Of a stretch of 64,000 nucleotides of DNA, positions 39,164 through 53,352 are shown piece by piece (within the stretch, counting starts at the first letter, position 1; each line of letters opens with the position of its first letter). Position numbers and translations under genes: made by a program. The stretch is from positions 146,196,001 to 146,260,000 of the forward strand of contig OX597817.1 in NCBI GenBank assembly GCA_951406725.2, written 5' to 3'. The notes below the pieces were generated by a model. It was not told where the DNA came from. It saw only the letters and a list, made by a program, of their open reading frames with translations, and ran no database searches. This DNA comes from Octopus vulgaris (lineage: Eukaryota).

Positions 39164-39981
39164 CAGAGTGTTTGACTTATATTTGTTTTTTGTTTTTATG
39201 TCTCTTCTCAGAAACAGCTTGATACATAGGTGAAAGTCAATGGTATTGGAGAGCTCAAAGATTAAAATTATTGTTGAGAAAAAGTTAGCTGACACAAAAA
39301 ACTGGAAGCCATTTGAATATTGGAAAAGAGTTACTTGTATCAGGATTTGCACTTGGTATCAAAATGCCGACATCATGACTTGTGCAATGTTCTGTGAACA
39401 TTGTAATGTCTGTGTGATATAACAGAGGCAGCTGCAATGGAGACTATGAAGCCATGGGCAACAAGAAGGGACACAAGCATTCTGACTGTGTCTGCACACT
39501 GGAATTCATTGAACAACTGATAAACAGGGCCTTAAACTCAATTCAGAGAACTACGTGAAGCTGCTGGAGACTTGGTCAATCTTTGGCTGGAGAGGACTAC
39601 TGTTGGAATGGCACCTGGATTCAGTTCTTTGCCATACCCCAGGAAAGAGTCAGAAGTGGTTGTCATAGAATTTCTATGACTTCACCAGCCCCAATGCCTG
39701 ACCATCTAATTCCCCAAATTGTAATCTCATGGATTATTATGTGTGAGACACAGTTAAGAAAGGCACCAACCGTTCTGGCTGCAACACCAAGGCCAAGATC
39801 AAGGAGGTATTTGAAGATCTTCCCAGAGACAGAGTGAAGAAGGCATGTGCCATATTCTAGAATTGTCTTGATGCTGTAGTGGAAGCTGAGGGCAACTTCT
39901 TTGAGTAATACTTTTGCTTTTGGATGGAATATTGTTTTCTTTCCATTCATAGAAGCTGTCAAGTTTATCCTGAACACCCTG
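39164..39981 (+). mobile_element. Internally deleted DD37D (maT-type) transposon
   Basis: TA|CAGAGTGTT ... AACACCCTG|TA. D (39618) SVLCH...SPNCNLM D (39732), 37 residues apart with no frameshift. Confidence 0.8.
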
Positions 39982-41174
39982 TATTTACAATCAATTTTAG
40001 GTTAACTAAGAAAGTTAATAGTGAAATTTACATATTTTAATCAAACTGCAAATAACTTTCTTTATAATGATTTGAAGGAACTGAGTACACATCATCACAC
40101 TCAGATTATGTAACAAGGAAGATATTACTTGATTTAACCAAGTCAATGCCAAATCAAAACATACAGTTGAAAAACAAACTGTGCATATATAAAGATTAAA
40201 ACATTCTCCAAAAATCCTCACATACCAGTCAATACATAAGGACATTTTTTAAATTAGTTTTCTTGCCATTCCATCAAGATAAGAAAATGAACTTGAACAA
40301 GCTAACAAGGGTATCTGTATGTTATCACTTAATTTGCTAGAAATAACAGCCTCATCTATAAAAAAAAAAAGGACATATATTAAATAACATTGTCCTTGAC
40401 ATATTCTCTAATGATCACAACTGAGAAGTTTCTGATCATAGGCCTCATTAGCTTTCGCTAAACAAAACAAACTAGAAAAGAATAATTTCATTATGGTTTA
40501 TAGCAAGCCATTTCATATCTCAGGAAGAAAAAAAAAGGAAATTTTTTTTTATAAGTAGCAAAGAGTTGACTATAAGATACTGAAACAAGCGAGTTGCCCA
40601 ATTATCGGTATGAGATATATTTTAATTAAATGTGAGATTTATTAAGCAATATATAAGGAATTATATATTTTAAGAAAAATAACCTATTTAAATAAAAACA
40701 TGGTCAATGAGAATATTTTTAAAATTGTATTTAACTTCACATTTTAAGATTTCCTTTTTGAATTTCATGAAATTGTAACAGGAAGCACTTCAATTTATAT
40801 CCTTTCTACAAATATACTACATCCTCAGAATTTGTTCACAGTATTAAAGATTAAATATTACACCTTGCCTATCAATGGAGTTTCTATAAATCCTCATTTC
40901 CCTAATATCATGTACATTCTGTTAACCATAAAAACATTGTATTGAAGAACACATACAAATATCTACAACCATTGCAGTATAAGACGTTTGCTTCCTACCT
41001 ACATGGTTTCAGTTTCAGTCTCAATGTATGGGCACCTCTCGGTTGACCAAAACCTTGTGGGTGGATTTGGTAGGTAGAAACTGAAAGAAGCCCGTTGTAT
41101 ATCTACATATATCCATACATGTATGTTACTACCGCCTTGCCTTGGCATTATGCAATAGTTGTAAATGAGCATGT

Positions 41175-42275
41175 AGCATGCAAGAGAGAAGACTACATTG
41201 GTTTGGACATGGGATGCATATGAATGAGGACAGCTGCACAAAGAAGTGCCGATCACAGAAAGTGGATGGTTAACACAGAAGAGGGAGACCAAGGAAGACA
41301 TGGGATGAAGTGGTAAGGACCAATCTCAGGATGTTAGGCCTCATGGAGGAAATGACAATGGACCGAGATGTCTGGCGATATGAAGTTCTAGAGAAGATCT
41401 GCCCACATGAGCGAAACTGAGTTTTAGAAGGGCCGTGTGTCCTACCCACACTTAAGAAAACTTCTCACACACTCTACAACAAACCAAACTACATTTTTAC
41501 ATCTCTACTCTTTCTCACATTTCCGCTTCATGCACTATGCTTACTTCCTACTCCCCAATCCTGTCCTCTTGGCCTGTACCACTGTATCATTGCTCTCCGC
41601 TAGCCTCTGAACTGTGTGTTCCACCCACATGCCCTGTCTCACTGTATTATTGCTATCTGCTAGCCACCCCCCAAACTGTGTTTTCCACCCACACATAAGA
41701 AAACTTTTCACTCACCCTACCCCAACAAACCAATCTACATATCCACATCTCTTCTCTTCCTTACATTTCCTCCTTCATACACTATGCCTGTCCCTCTATC
41801 ATTGCTATCCAGTCACCCCAACTCTTTATATATACCCAAGTTTTTGCCATGCACTCCCCCTCCACACTCTTAAATCACATTTCCTTTGCAATACCCTGCC
41901 ACTTATATTATGGCATTTGAACATCAAGGGTGTGCCCTGGCACTTGCCACCATCTATATCTCTTACTCAACCATTCTATTTATATTCTGATTCCTGTCCC
42001 TTGTGAGTATGCCTGGCATTTTGCCACCATCTCTATCCTGCAGTCTCCCACTCTCTCTCTCTCTCTCGCCAGCCGGATAACCTTTTACTTCCTCTACAGC
42101 AAGACACCTGTTTCTATTTCTCTGTCTCGTTATATAACCTTCCATCATCCAACACAAGATCACTTCCTCCAAACCTGGGAAACAGGTGAGGGTTGACTAC
42201 AAGGGTATCCAGATGTAGAAAACCTGCCTCAACAAATTCCATCTGAAGCATAGGAGTATGGAAAAGTAAATGTTT
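41175..42275 (+). mobile_element. RTE LINE 3' end with a long pyrimidine-rich 3'UTR containing a ~230-bp duplication
   Basis: QERRLHWFGH...RGRPRKTWDEVV; the acccacac.taagaaaactt.tcac block occurs at ~41445 and ~41687. Confidence 0.8.
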
Positions 42276-43829
42276 ATCCAAAACAAGTAAATATGGTAGA
42301 AGAAAAAACAAGTACCATCTACCAACAAATAACCCTGCCTTTGACTGATCTACATCTCTGATCATGCGGCACCACATAAACTGAAAGATTCTACTCTTTT
42401 AACAAACTCTTATCAGCCAATTTTCAAAATGTTCTACTCACTGCTATTAAATTACTCTCTTCACATAGAATCTTCAACTATATTTTGATAGGATTTTGTA
42501 AAAAAAATATAGGTATACAGATAAACATTTTTTCGTGTTTCATGTTATGTGAAACATTCTTTTTCTGGCTTAATTTTTCTTCAATGAGTCATTAATATAC
42601 AGCTTGTGAATAGTTCTTTGGACACAAAGAATGAAAAGTTATGAAAAGCTGAAATTAATGTCTCATGTACTTCTAAAAGTACTGAAAGGAAAATACACAT
42701 TGTTAAAGAAAAATTGAGAAATGGAGATATGGTTTTGTAATTTCTTGATTTATGTAAATTCTATCAGCAGAGATTATTGAAGAATCTAAAAATGTAACCT
42801 GTTGCTAATTAGTATAGTGTATACTGGAGAAATGAGATGGATAATTATCATCATGTTTACATAGCAAATGATCCATAGGCCACTAGTACATTTTCATGCA
42901 TTCAAATTTCAAATGTATGCAGTTCCTATATTCTGCAAGGATAATCAGGCAACCTGAAAACAGAAGCTACCTTGAGCATTAAGCCTTTTGAAACCACTTC
43001 AAATACAAAACAGCTGACTAACACATACACAAAGCCTCAAATCCTGATCCTTCTAGATAAAGTATAGTCTTTTAAAAAATACATCTTATGTTGATACAAA
43101 AATTTAGCATGTTTCTAAATCTAAAAAATTACACCATTGTACCTACTGCAACTATAATTTTTTACATTATCTTTACCAGCCTTCTACAGCCTGCACTATT
43201 TGGTTCATTATAGGAAACAAAAATATTAAAAATCAGGAACAAATTATCTGGTCCATAAAAATGTTATACACAACTATATTTCCTTGTTACATAATCCTTA
43301 TTTTTGAGAACTATAGAAATGGAATCCTTCTGCACAATCTCATTAGCTATGTATGAAGTTATAGCTACCCTCTAATAATTTCAGATGGACCATCAGCTTT
43401 TCTCGATATATCCTTAATTGTCATACTGTCCAACTAATAATTTTCCTTGAAGACTCAACTTCAAGCAAAATAATATATTATTATTAATCAGAGTAGGAAG
43501 GGCAATCTCTAAAACTTTTGCTGGCCCTCACAAACTGGTGAAATCAATGCAAATGAAGCTCAGCTTAAACTTCTGTAAGTTGATGCCTGTAAGTAAAAGA
43601 CGAACAGAAAAGTAATTCCAGGGATTTAGTTCTGAAATAATGATTGAGTGGATTACAAAACAAAGAGATAGGTGTAAATAAATAAGCCCCCTGTTCAGAA
43701 AAGCAGAAATCAGTGAGTCTGTGGTGAGTCTTTGCCAACCAGCCAGGTCATTTCTGGATGCTGTTTTGTTTGCTTGTGTAACATCAGCACCATCCCAGAT
43801 ATATATACACATATATATGTGAAAGTTAG

Positions 43830-45790
43830 GAAGGAAAGGCAGTGTCTATGAATTTCATAAATACACTAAGATTGGCAAGATTGATGTTGATATTCAGCCT
43901 CAACATTTGTAGATTCAACATCTGTAGGAAAATGTTGATAGGTGGAGATGCAAGTCTAAGAGGGGGAAAACATGGTAAGGTGTTTCCTGTAGGGCTTGAG
44001 AGGGAGGCACAGTAGTAAGGATAATGGGTGCTTGTACAGTGAGAGTATGCAGCTTCCTGGTTCAAAAGAGCAGAGGTCATTCTAGTAACATGAAAAAAAA
44101 AGACAAAGAGAGAAAACCATAAGTGTCAGCCAGTGGTTGTAGCACGATAGTAAATGAAGAATTACTAATTAAGCAAAGGTCTCTTTTGGATGCAGTCTTG
44201 GATTGGGGGAAGGTATGGCAGCAGAATGATCCACTGTATGCAAGTAGTAATCCAATCTGAATTTTGAATGTTGTAAAGGGCCTGCAAAATGGTCAGGGCT
44301 GAAATATTTCTTGACACTAAAGAGGAATCATACCGTTTATCATGTAGTTTTCATAATGTTACACGAGTAGAATTGCCATGAGAGACCATACTGTTTCTGA
44401 CTAGAGAGAATGAACTACAAGTTTCCTTTGTTCTTGACAGGGCTTTCAATATGAGCTACTGAAAGAGATTATATTGTTGAATACCCATTGAATAAATTGC
44501 TTTTATGAAGTAGTGTATGACTAGCATGAAGTGTTTAGGTTGTGTGTGATGTCTTAAATGCAGGATGTGAAGGTTGGTACTTTTGGTATCTTTGGCAAAG
44601 AAACATTGTTGTTAGAAGTGATTGCAAGTATGTCATTAATGAATAAATGAGTGTGGAAGACATTACCAAACCTTGAGATAAGACAGAGTTCTGTTGGAAC
44701 ACATTGCAGTCTGACAGAAAGCTTCTGATCTAAGAAAAGAGAGGTAGATAGAAACCATTTTCAGCTGAAGTAATCACATACTAATGTATAAATTGAAGAA
44801 TTAATACAAAAGAGCTGAGTGAGCACTGTCAAATGCTATGATGGAGTGGTCCAATAGAAAATTTAATCCAAGAGATAACATATGTAGCAACATGACCATG
44901 AGATTCTTATATCAGACAGGAACTAATGTTTTGCTTATGTCAAAGGCAAACAATTGATCTCACTGAAAATCCAAAAGCTATGAGATCATTGGTGAATTAT
45001 GAATGTGAGCAGACAACTGGTAGAATTAGCTTAATGGAAACTATGGTTGATAATTAGTTTCCATCACTTTTTAGAAGTGAGCATACGATGCAACTTCACA
45101 GAGCTAACCATCTTTAGAATGAGACATAGTGTTACATATTTCCCTAGGTTAAGATACACTTGTAGAGAGAGAAATATTGAAGAGTCTAGAGCTAGCTAAA
45201 AAACACAAAGAATAATAGAGGAAACACTGTCAGAATATACTGGGTTGGAGTGATCAGAAACATATTTGCACTTGGTGAATGATGAGCAAGTGTGCAGTGT
45301 GGAATTGAAATTAAAATGGGTAGAAAATGTGATTGCTTCATTTGTATGAATGGAGAGCTCTCTTGATTGAGAGCTGACATCTAGGAGAATCTTATCAAGT
45401 TAGAAGGAGATTTTTTTTCAAACAATTTGTCAGGCAAGATAATTTGTAGGATGTGTGATACAAGATATCCTTTACTTTCTTGATAGTTCTCTCTTTCAGA
45501 TACTGTAAAGTTTGGTAAGTGACTCCATGTTAGTGACAGCAGATGATTTCCTTCAAAGGTAATGTTAGCTCTGACCAGTTATCTGACTGTAAGTACTAGA
45601 TGGTTCAAAAGATATGGGCTGTTGTAGCTATAGTAATGAGGAATGAATTACATTGCTAACACAATGATAAAACAATCTGATGGGTTAGAGACAGTTACGG
45701 GAGGGTTTTGAGAAGGAAAAGAGGATAAGAGTATTTTGAGAGGTAGTGTGTCAATCAGGTAAATAATTCAGTCTTTGCACCAATGGTAGT
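43830..45790 (-). mobile_element. Old CR1/Jockey-group LINE ORF2 remnant
   Basis: AFDISKT (~44930-44947), SQGLVMSSTL..FINDI (~44628-44678), DCIQKR..LISNSS..LQPLA, all in RT order. Confidence 0.65.
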
Positions 45791-46039
45791 GGTGTAAAAA
45801 GATGTACAAAAAAAGCCAAGATGAGATGTGTGCTTTGAAGTAATTATTACTTCAGGCAAGAGTTAGAAGAGAAAACTTGGTCATTGTTATTAAAATATAT
45901 ACTTTTACTGATTTATACAATGCTTGATAAAACTTGTGCAATCAAAATATACATACACTCCAATGATTGGTTAAGTCATACCTGGTACAGTATGTTACAG
46001 TTAACTCATTGCTACATATAAAAGATTGTTTTTTCCAAT

Positions 46040-47420
46040 TTTTATCCCTACCTCTTATGAGTTAGTTTTTGATAGTTTTTGGACAAGAGAATCAGCAGAT
46101 ACTTATTCAGTTACATTCTTTACTAAACATCAATACTGTTGTGATGAAAAATAGTTGCCAAGAATCGAACCATTTTATTCAGTTTTTGAAGTAATAATAT
46201 AAACATGTCTGTTTTATTGCAAATGGCCGACTACTGGCCAGCAACCAAAGTATACCATAATGCAACTGGATAGGAAGTAGTAATGATGATTTCATAGCAT
46301 TCACCAGCACTTTGAAAATTTAGCTTTTCTGGCATTTTTCAGATGTTTTATCAAAAGATGAAGAAATTTGTGTGAATTTCCTTTTCAATATCCATTCACT
46401 AAGATGTTGAACCACAGTTTGTCACTGAGGCAGTCACTGACTCAGATTTTGCTTGGGCTGAAATCATCAATGGAACAGTTTTCAGTGGAACTAGAGTTTA
46501 ATCAATTTACAACAAAACTCAGTTTTCCAGATGAGGCTTGAGACAGAAACAATTCAATCATCTAATTATCTGACATAAGCACAATGATGAGTAACATCAA
46601 TCAGTTAACATGATTTACCATTGGCTTGTATTCATTAAACCATCAAAGCAAAATTTCTTTCAGGTTCAGAGAGCCATCCAAATAAAGAATGTCCAAGTGA
46701 CAAGTGACACAAATTTCTTTCGTGAAATATTAGGGTAATTGCAATGAAAAGGAGCCACTGAATTGCAGAGCAATTCCTTAAAATGAAACTTAATTTTTCT
46801 AGCATTTTATTGAATGATGGGCAAATGCTTTGTCTTCCATATAATTTCATTTGTTTCCAATAAGTGAAGTTATTTTAATATTCTTCTCCAAAAAAGAGCA
46901 AACATCTTAAGACATAAACTGGGATCTTCAGTCAGTTTGGATAGAAGCTAGAGCAACAAATATGACAAATATATTTTGAAGACAGTGAATTACAACAGTC
47001 GAAGAGCAATGGTAAAACTTGAAGTATTCATCTATAACTACATAGAAGAGTAGTAAAGAGACATCAAATGGTCGTGTAGATTTGATACATTAGGTATAAG
47101 GAGAATGACAGAATTGTGGTTTCAATTCTGAGCATATGATGCATTTATCACAAGTTTCTTTAAATGCCAAATTCTCAGATGTAATACAGTGCCATAATTG
47201 AATCACACCAAGATGATCAAAAGCTTATGCAAATCTCTGATTCCAGAAGACTTACAAAGGAGTATCTACTAAGAACATCAGTGATTATCTTTGTTGGGTA
47301 ACAAGTGAATGTCATATTGTAGGCAATGTGCTCATGAAGAATATTATCATTCTTCAATTTTTCTCCAAATTTATAACTAAAAAAGATATAGCCTTCAAAT
47401 AAAAATAAGTTTACCATTTC
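46040..47420 (-). mobile_element. Highly decayed Mutator/MULE transposase (FLYWCH-like N-terminus)
   Basis: LFLFEGYIF, LIFHERNL, LDILYLDGS (cf. YxDGTF) and MDIEKEIH (cf. DFExAIH) in the expected order. Confidence 0.5.
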
Positions 47421-48129
47421 TTAACACTCTCTATGATAGCCATAGCCTACCTTTCCAACTAATGTGAGAATTTGCTCAGAGTAAAAAATGTTTGGGAGAA
47501 GAAAGTGACAAGTTTCTTCTAGGACAACTGCAATGTTAAGCTCCAGTTGTATTAATTTTAACATGTAGTGAGATACAGTGAGAGAAAAATAACTAATGAA
47601 GCTGTAAGCAGATGAACTGTATCTAGTTCTTTTTTTTTTTTACAACAGAAAAGTAGGATTTAGTAGGAATTCAGTTCCAAGAAAGGAGACAACTATTTCG
47701 AGTAGTAACTAAAAGTCAGCTTGCAGAGAATTATTTTGTGTTTTGTATTGTATGTAACAAATGGATGTTTAGTGGAGGACATTTGTGATTGAGCCAAGTT
47801 CCTACCAAGCTTCTCAACAATGTTGTCAAGACAGGCAATTTGGAAAATATTGAGTCATGGAAAAATCATTCAGTTTTGCAATTTCAAACACTTCCTACCT
47901 CTTTCAGGATTGTTGTAAATATTTCTTAAAACATCATATCAGGCTTTTTACCTAGCCATTTTCTGCTACTTTGTTTCTTCCATACTACCAAAACATGCCT
48001 TTTATCACTTCCTACTGTCTAAAATGTATATACAACACCATTTTACTATCATTTCAATTAATTTCCACTACAACCACAGATAATTTTCATAAAAACAGAA
48101 ACCTTCACAACTATTCTTTCTAATAAATA

Positions 48130-48360
48130 TACAAAAGTCAAACTGCTGTAGTTGGAAGGAACTTCCATAGACCTGTATGACTTAAATCCTGTTCAATCTG
48201 ACTTTCACTTCTGTAGGGTTACTAAAATTTCAAAAGTGTAAGCAAGCAATCTGAATACATGGATGTACGTTTCACTCATGAAATAGGATACAGTAAAAGC
48301 TAGCAGTAAGCATTGTAGAGACAGTTTTGCTTAAGGGGGGTTAGTTTTGAACAAGGTCTC
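48130..48360 (+). mobile_element. Decayed mariner C-terminal remnant
   Basis: WKELP...SDFH...LK...G.Y.E pattern, fragmentary. Confidence 0.35.
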
Positions 48361-51120
48361 AGAAATATTTGCAAATGCTCTTCTCAGAAAATCAGAAAAT
48401 CAGATAATGTCATCAGCCTGTTCATCAAGTGAAACCAATAATATGATCAGATTTGGACCTAATTAATTCCAAGTTCATATGAAAATCCAAATGGTTTATG
48501 TTGCAGTTATAAAGTTGAATAGTTCGATTAAGCCATGTTGCTATTAGACGAAAGTAAATATAACATTACTACCAAGGATTTCACTAAGCATTATAATTTT
48601 ATTAAAATGCATTTTAAACCAACATTTCTGACGACAACGAAATTATAGTTCCGATTATTAGTTCTGCATTCAATGCTTTAAAGACAAAATATGGCTTGCG
48701 TTTGACGAACATGTGTGACGAGTTGTAGGTGCTTTTAGTCTAAATGAATTTACAATAGCTATAAAACCTAAGATGAAAACGTAGAATATTTTTGCTGTGG
48801 TATGTTTTTGACATATTCGATCATACGTTTGTTTCATAATTACAATATAGTTGGCTAATTCCTACTCTAACAAGGTTTTTTCTCACGTTAGTGGACGAAT
48901 CGTGTGGTGATAAAGTGATACACCATAGCTCTGAAACATGGTCAAGGGAAATCGAAAACGGCAGAGAACGGGGAATATTATAAGAGAAACATATAGGGCA
49001 TACAGTATCAACTTCAAGAAATAAAGTCAAAGACAGCAATTTATATATTGACAGCAACGCATGTCTTAGGAATGGGTGATTTAAGATGATGCTTCCAATT
49101 TACTAAGTAAGTCTAATCTAAAACCATAAACTAATATCCAGTCCATAAGATCGATAATGTAAATTAAATTATTATTATAATAATAAACTTAAGTTCGTAA
49201 CACAGAAATCAAAAAGGCTTTGTCTATTTAAATCAATTAAAATGTAGCTAATGGCTTAAGTGTCGTTATAAAACTGAAAAATGTTGATAGCATAGAATGT
49301 AAACATCCTTCCTTCATTCGTCGAAAATAATACAGGATCAAGACAAACTAATGAATTCGTTTAAAGAGCTCAAGCCAAAAGGTAATGGTTGTTGGCGTGA
49401 AGCATGTCTAACTCAACGTAGAAATTTTAATCACAACCAGAACTCATAATTTAAATATCTACAATACAGACATTTTCTTTACAGCTACGTAATAAAAATA
49501 CATTCTAAATATGCATTGCAGAATCATAAACCAAAACTATCTGATCTAGTGACCTAATAAATTAAAGCGCCAAATAAACGAAAAACAAAAATTAAAGATG
49601 TGCTGACACCATATTGTCAAATTAGTTAATACCAGAAGTTACAATATTCATGTACGATCTTTAACAAATAAATACATTCTAAATATGATGGTCTATTCTT
49701 CAAAAACCAAACAACGCTTATTTAAACCAAAGTTTAAGAAGAACGCTTTGAGAGCAGCAAATAAATCAGTCAAAGACCTTTTCTAAATGGGCAAGACAAA
49801 CTATAGAGATCGGGTTTTATAAAGACATCTAGCATATTTCAACTTAATAGCAAGGCCAAACAGAACAGTTCACGATTATTATCTGAAAACAATCTTCATG
49901 ATTTCTTTCATGTTATACGCAGCGCCTAATGAACATTATAGTATGGAAGAACATATACGCGCTTGGTTATCAAATGTATAAAACTAAAATGACATTGAAA
50001 CAAAAAAAAAATTAACGAATACTAATAATATATAAGTTAGTAACGAAAGATCGCCTTGCTTGCAAACAAATAGAGTATGAAAATACGCATGGTGTTCCAC
50101 AAGGTTCTACACCTTTACCTCAATGAAAACGAGATGAATTTTACATTACGTTGCTAAAATCAAATTTGTAGTATAGTAATTTTTGCTTCAACATGGTACA
50201 AGACGAAAAAGGTGTCTTTTAAGCAGAGAAATCAAAAACTGCCGGTTGTATTATACATAAATAAAACTAGTGTATTATAGAAATGTTAGTACGAATATTA
50301 ATGTAATGTCAGAACGAAACTATGGAAATGTGTACTTGATAGGTATTGAAGAAAGTAAAATAGATCGAATAGTTAGGTAAATTTATTTAATAAAGGTTAA
50401 GGTTTAGCTATATTTTAAGTACGATTTATAAACAAACACACGATCATCGCAAAGATCATGAGCTTCGAATAAATGAACAGTAACATTAAGTGCATCAAAG
50501 CTACCAAGACGAACAATAATTTACATGGCTTTAATTAGCAATGTCTATGGTTAAGCTAAATAGAGTAAAACTGGTTTTAATTTCATAAGCAAAGGTATGT
50601 CTTGAAATAAATGTGAAACCATATTTTAACATTTTGTACAAGCTAATGTAAATATACTCAATAGCTGTATACATATACATCTTTGGCAATCTGCCGAAAA
50701 TGGGCGAGATATCAAATCAATAAAAAAAAATGTATCGATTTAATTATTTATATGGTTTCTGGGGTAACATGGGATAACCCAGATCCATAATCATGACCAG
50801 ATCCCAACATGGCCGACATTCAATTGACTTCAACAAAAAGTATCACTGGATTCATCAACGAACACGAAGTAACAAAAAACACATGGTAAAGTTCAATAAA
50901 ATATTATATTTTAAATATCTATTGATGCTAGATATATTTCAAAAAGAACTGTCCCAAAACCCCCTTTCGTAACATGTCATTGATTCAGAAGATAATATGG
51001 TACCGATACGAAGCATGAAACCTTTCGTACAATCACAATACGCAGACTTCGAGTAAGCAATAATTATGGCTGAATACGACAAAATAATTACCAAAATCAA
51101 ATCAAATATATAAAACTTAC

Positions 51121-51350
51121 CATATTAATCAGGAATCAAACATCCGGGTAGCAATTAAATCCGTTTCTTACGCTCCAAATACCAACACGGCTGGAGCACA
51201 CCATCCATTGCCAAGAGTAAGTCTCTGCAGAAACCAAAATGGCGTCATTTCTTCCCCAGGCTTTCGTAGATTTACATCCGGGTAATCCCAACACTGACCT
51301 CTCAGCTACCATGACCTCTATCGTACTCAGAATGGTCAGCAAGTCTCGTC
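51121..51350 (-). other. Candidate first exon (5'UTR) of the minus-strand gene; TSS approximate
   Basis: Consensus donor ATG|GTAAGT at 51121/51120; locally GC-rich; YY1-type CAAAATGGCG at 51235-51244; ETS-like ACATCCGGGTA at 51140 and 51274. Confidence 0.6.
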
Positions 51351-51579
51351 AAATAGCACAAAGCAATTAATTAATAATGTCAGTCATTTCTTATTATTCC
51401 ATTATTTTACAAAACAATTTCTTCTTTTCTTCATAAGACTGCATTCATAACTGAAAATATATCCCATCGTTGTATTTTAATATCGATCTACATTTTTCTC
51501 TCATTCCTTATCTCCAGCTTTCACAAGATGAGTTTGTTCGTCTGTTCTGCAAAAATAGTTATTTAAAAAAAAATATTTT

Positions 51580-52270
51580 TATATAATTCAGGCGGGAATA
51601 TCTGTTAACCGGATAAGTATGCTTATGATGTAGTGACTTCCCGACTGTCAGTCAGGCTAACCCATTATGCTAATATATTCTGACGTTTATTAACGTTACT
51701 GAAAGCCGCCAACCAACGTGACGCCGAGTGACGTTTGATGCAACTAAAGCGAAAGGAATAAATAAACAAATTGCTACTTTAATACATAACAATAATTGGA
51801 GAAAATGGGAAAGAAATGTGAGAATGACAGAAAAAATGAGAACTGGAAGGAAGAATAAAGTAGTAGTGAGAGGTTGAGTACGTGTTCATAGATAGTGCCT
51901 GCTGCGTGTTGAGGATAAATGAGCTGCGCTCAACTCGTTCTTCTCTTACTCATTTACTCTTTCAGTCAATCAGTATAACTCGCTTGTTTATTTACTCTCT
52001 TTCTCAATTTCCCTTGCATTTTGTACTCACTCGCTTTCAGTTATTCTTTGAGTGTGTAGCACGCTTGCTCACTCACTGTATCTTTCTTTTAATTAACTAA
52101 CTCATTCACTGCTGATCGTCTGCCCAGCTTGCTAGCCAATATAGGCAAACTATGAAGCGACAATGTAGGTCATGCCGGCTGATGACGAGAACTGCAATGA
52201 TGGTGGTACCCACTGACGTCAACACTCATTCAACGCACGTTTTCCATACCAGAAAATAAAAATGGCGCTT
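51580..52270. promoter_or_regulatory. Proximal promoter motif cluster
   Basis: E2F-like GGCGGGAA 51591; TGACG half-sites at 51681, 51719, 51729; CCAAT 52136; full CRE TGACGTCA 52214-52221; YY1-type AAAATGGCG 52259-52267. Confidence 0.55.
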
Positions 52271-52585
52271 ACTCTTACTTCTACTATCTTCCTCTCTTTC
52301 CCATCATTTCCCTTTGATTTTCTTTCTATTATTGCCTGTTGTTCTCCATCTTTCCCGTCTGCAATGAAACCATCTCTTATATTAATAATTGCTATTTACT
52401 AATTAAAATAACGCGTGCTAACTTTTCGAAGTACTCGAGTAGGGAAATATTATTACATTTCTTGGTACTCGTTTATAAGAGTGCGACTGAGCAATTCTTT
52501 GAAGTTGCAAAATAAATATGCAGCAATTTAGAATTTTTCTACATTTTTAAAGTTGCAATAGTTTTTTTGGGGGGGGGTGCAAAAT

Positions 52586-52620
52586 ATAATAATAATAATT
52601 ATTATTATTATTATTATTAT
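52586..52620. repeat. Self-complementary (AAT)n(TAT)n microsatellite
   Basis: Direct read. Confidence 0.9.
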
Positions 52621-53352
52621 AAATACCAGTTATATAATTGGGTTAATTCAATTGTCCACCATGCAACAGGATTTGTCTTCGTGCCAAATCAAAAGAAATC
52701 AGTGGCACTACGATGTCATCGAGGACAATGTCTTCGGTTCCATTTATGTCACATTCCTGACATTGTCCAAATATTTTTTTGTTGGGCTTCTTTGAATTTG
52801 CAGGTTGTAAAATTATGCTATTATGGAAATATGGAACAAACCAAACCAGACTAACTCTAATTGATGGTTCGAAATGAGTATATATGGAACGTTTCGATCC
52901 AATTGCAGTATATGATGTAATTCACACAAATATTTTTTCTCTCTTCTCACCTTCTCTAAATGGCAAGTGATGAATGCAAGAAGCGATATTGGGTGGAGGC
53001 GTATTTGGGTGTTAGTAAACACTATCCAGGTAGCAGCTAATAGGTAGAAATGTTACGTATTGCAAGTTGGTTTCAGAAATATAATCACTAGAATTCAAGG
53101 AGAATAGTCAAGATAAACGTTGGCAATAACCAATATGGTTTAAAGCAAAAGCTTAGTAGTGAGTGCGTCAGAAGAAAGGAAATATCTAGCTTTTCTACGG
53201 TGAAAAACTCTTTAAGAAACGTTAGATATTTTATTTCAAATTTTAGTTTTCTCTGTTCACTCGGGAACGTGTCATAAAAGCATGTCATAGCTTCGGGTAT
53301 TTTTCATAATTTATGAACTTAAGAGAAAAATGGATCACTGCATCACTCTAAA

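Noticed and set aside
40863-40918. Open ~55-nt minus-strand segment NVHDIREMRIYRNSIDRQ between AG and GT
   Set aside because: Weak donor (GTGTAA) and phase incompatible with the neighbouring candidate exons.
51239-51370. Plus-strand 43-aa ORF starting at AAAATGGCG
   Set aside because: Short, no recognisable homology or convincing donor; the motif is explained as a YY1-type site.
52885-52930. GATCGAAACGTT on the minus strand, hammerhead-like
   Set aside because: No CUGANGA-like box or stem II upstream.
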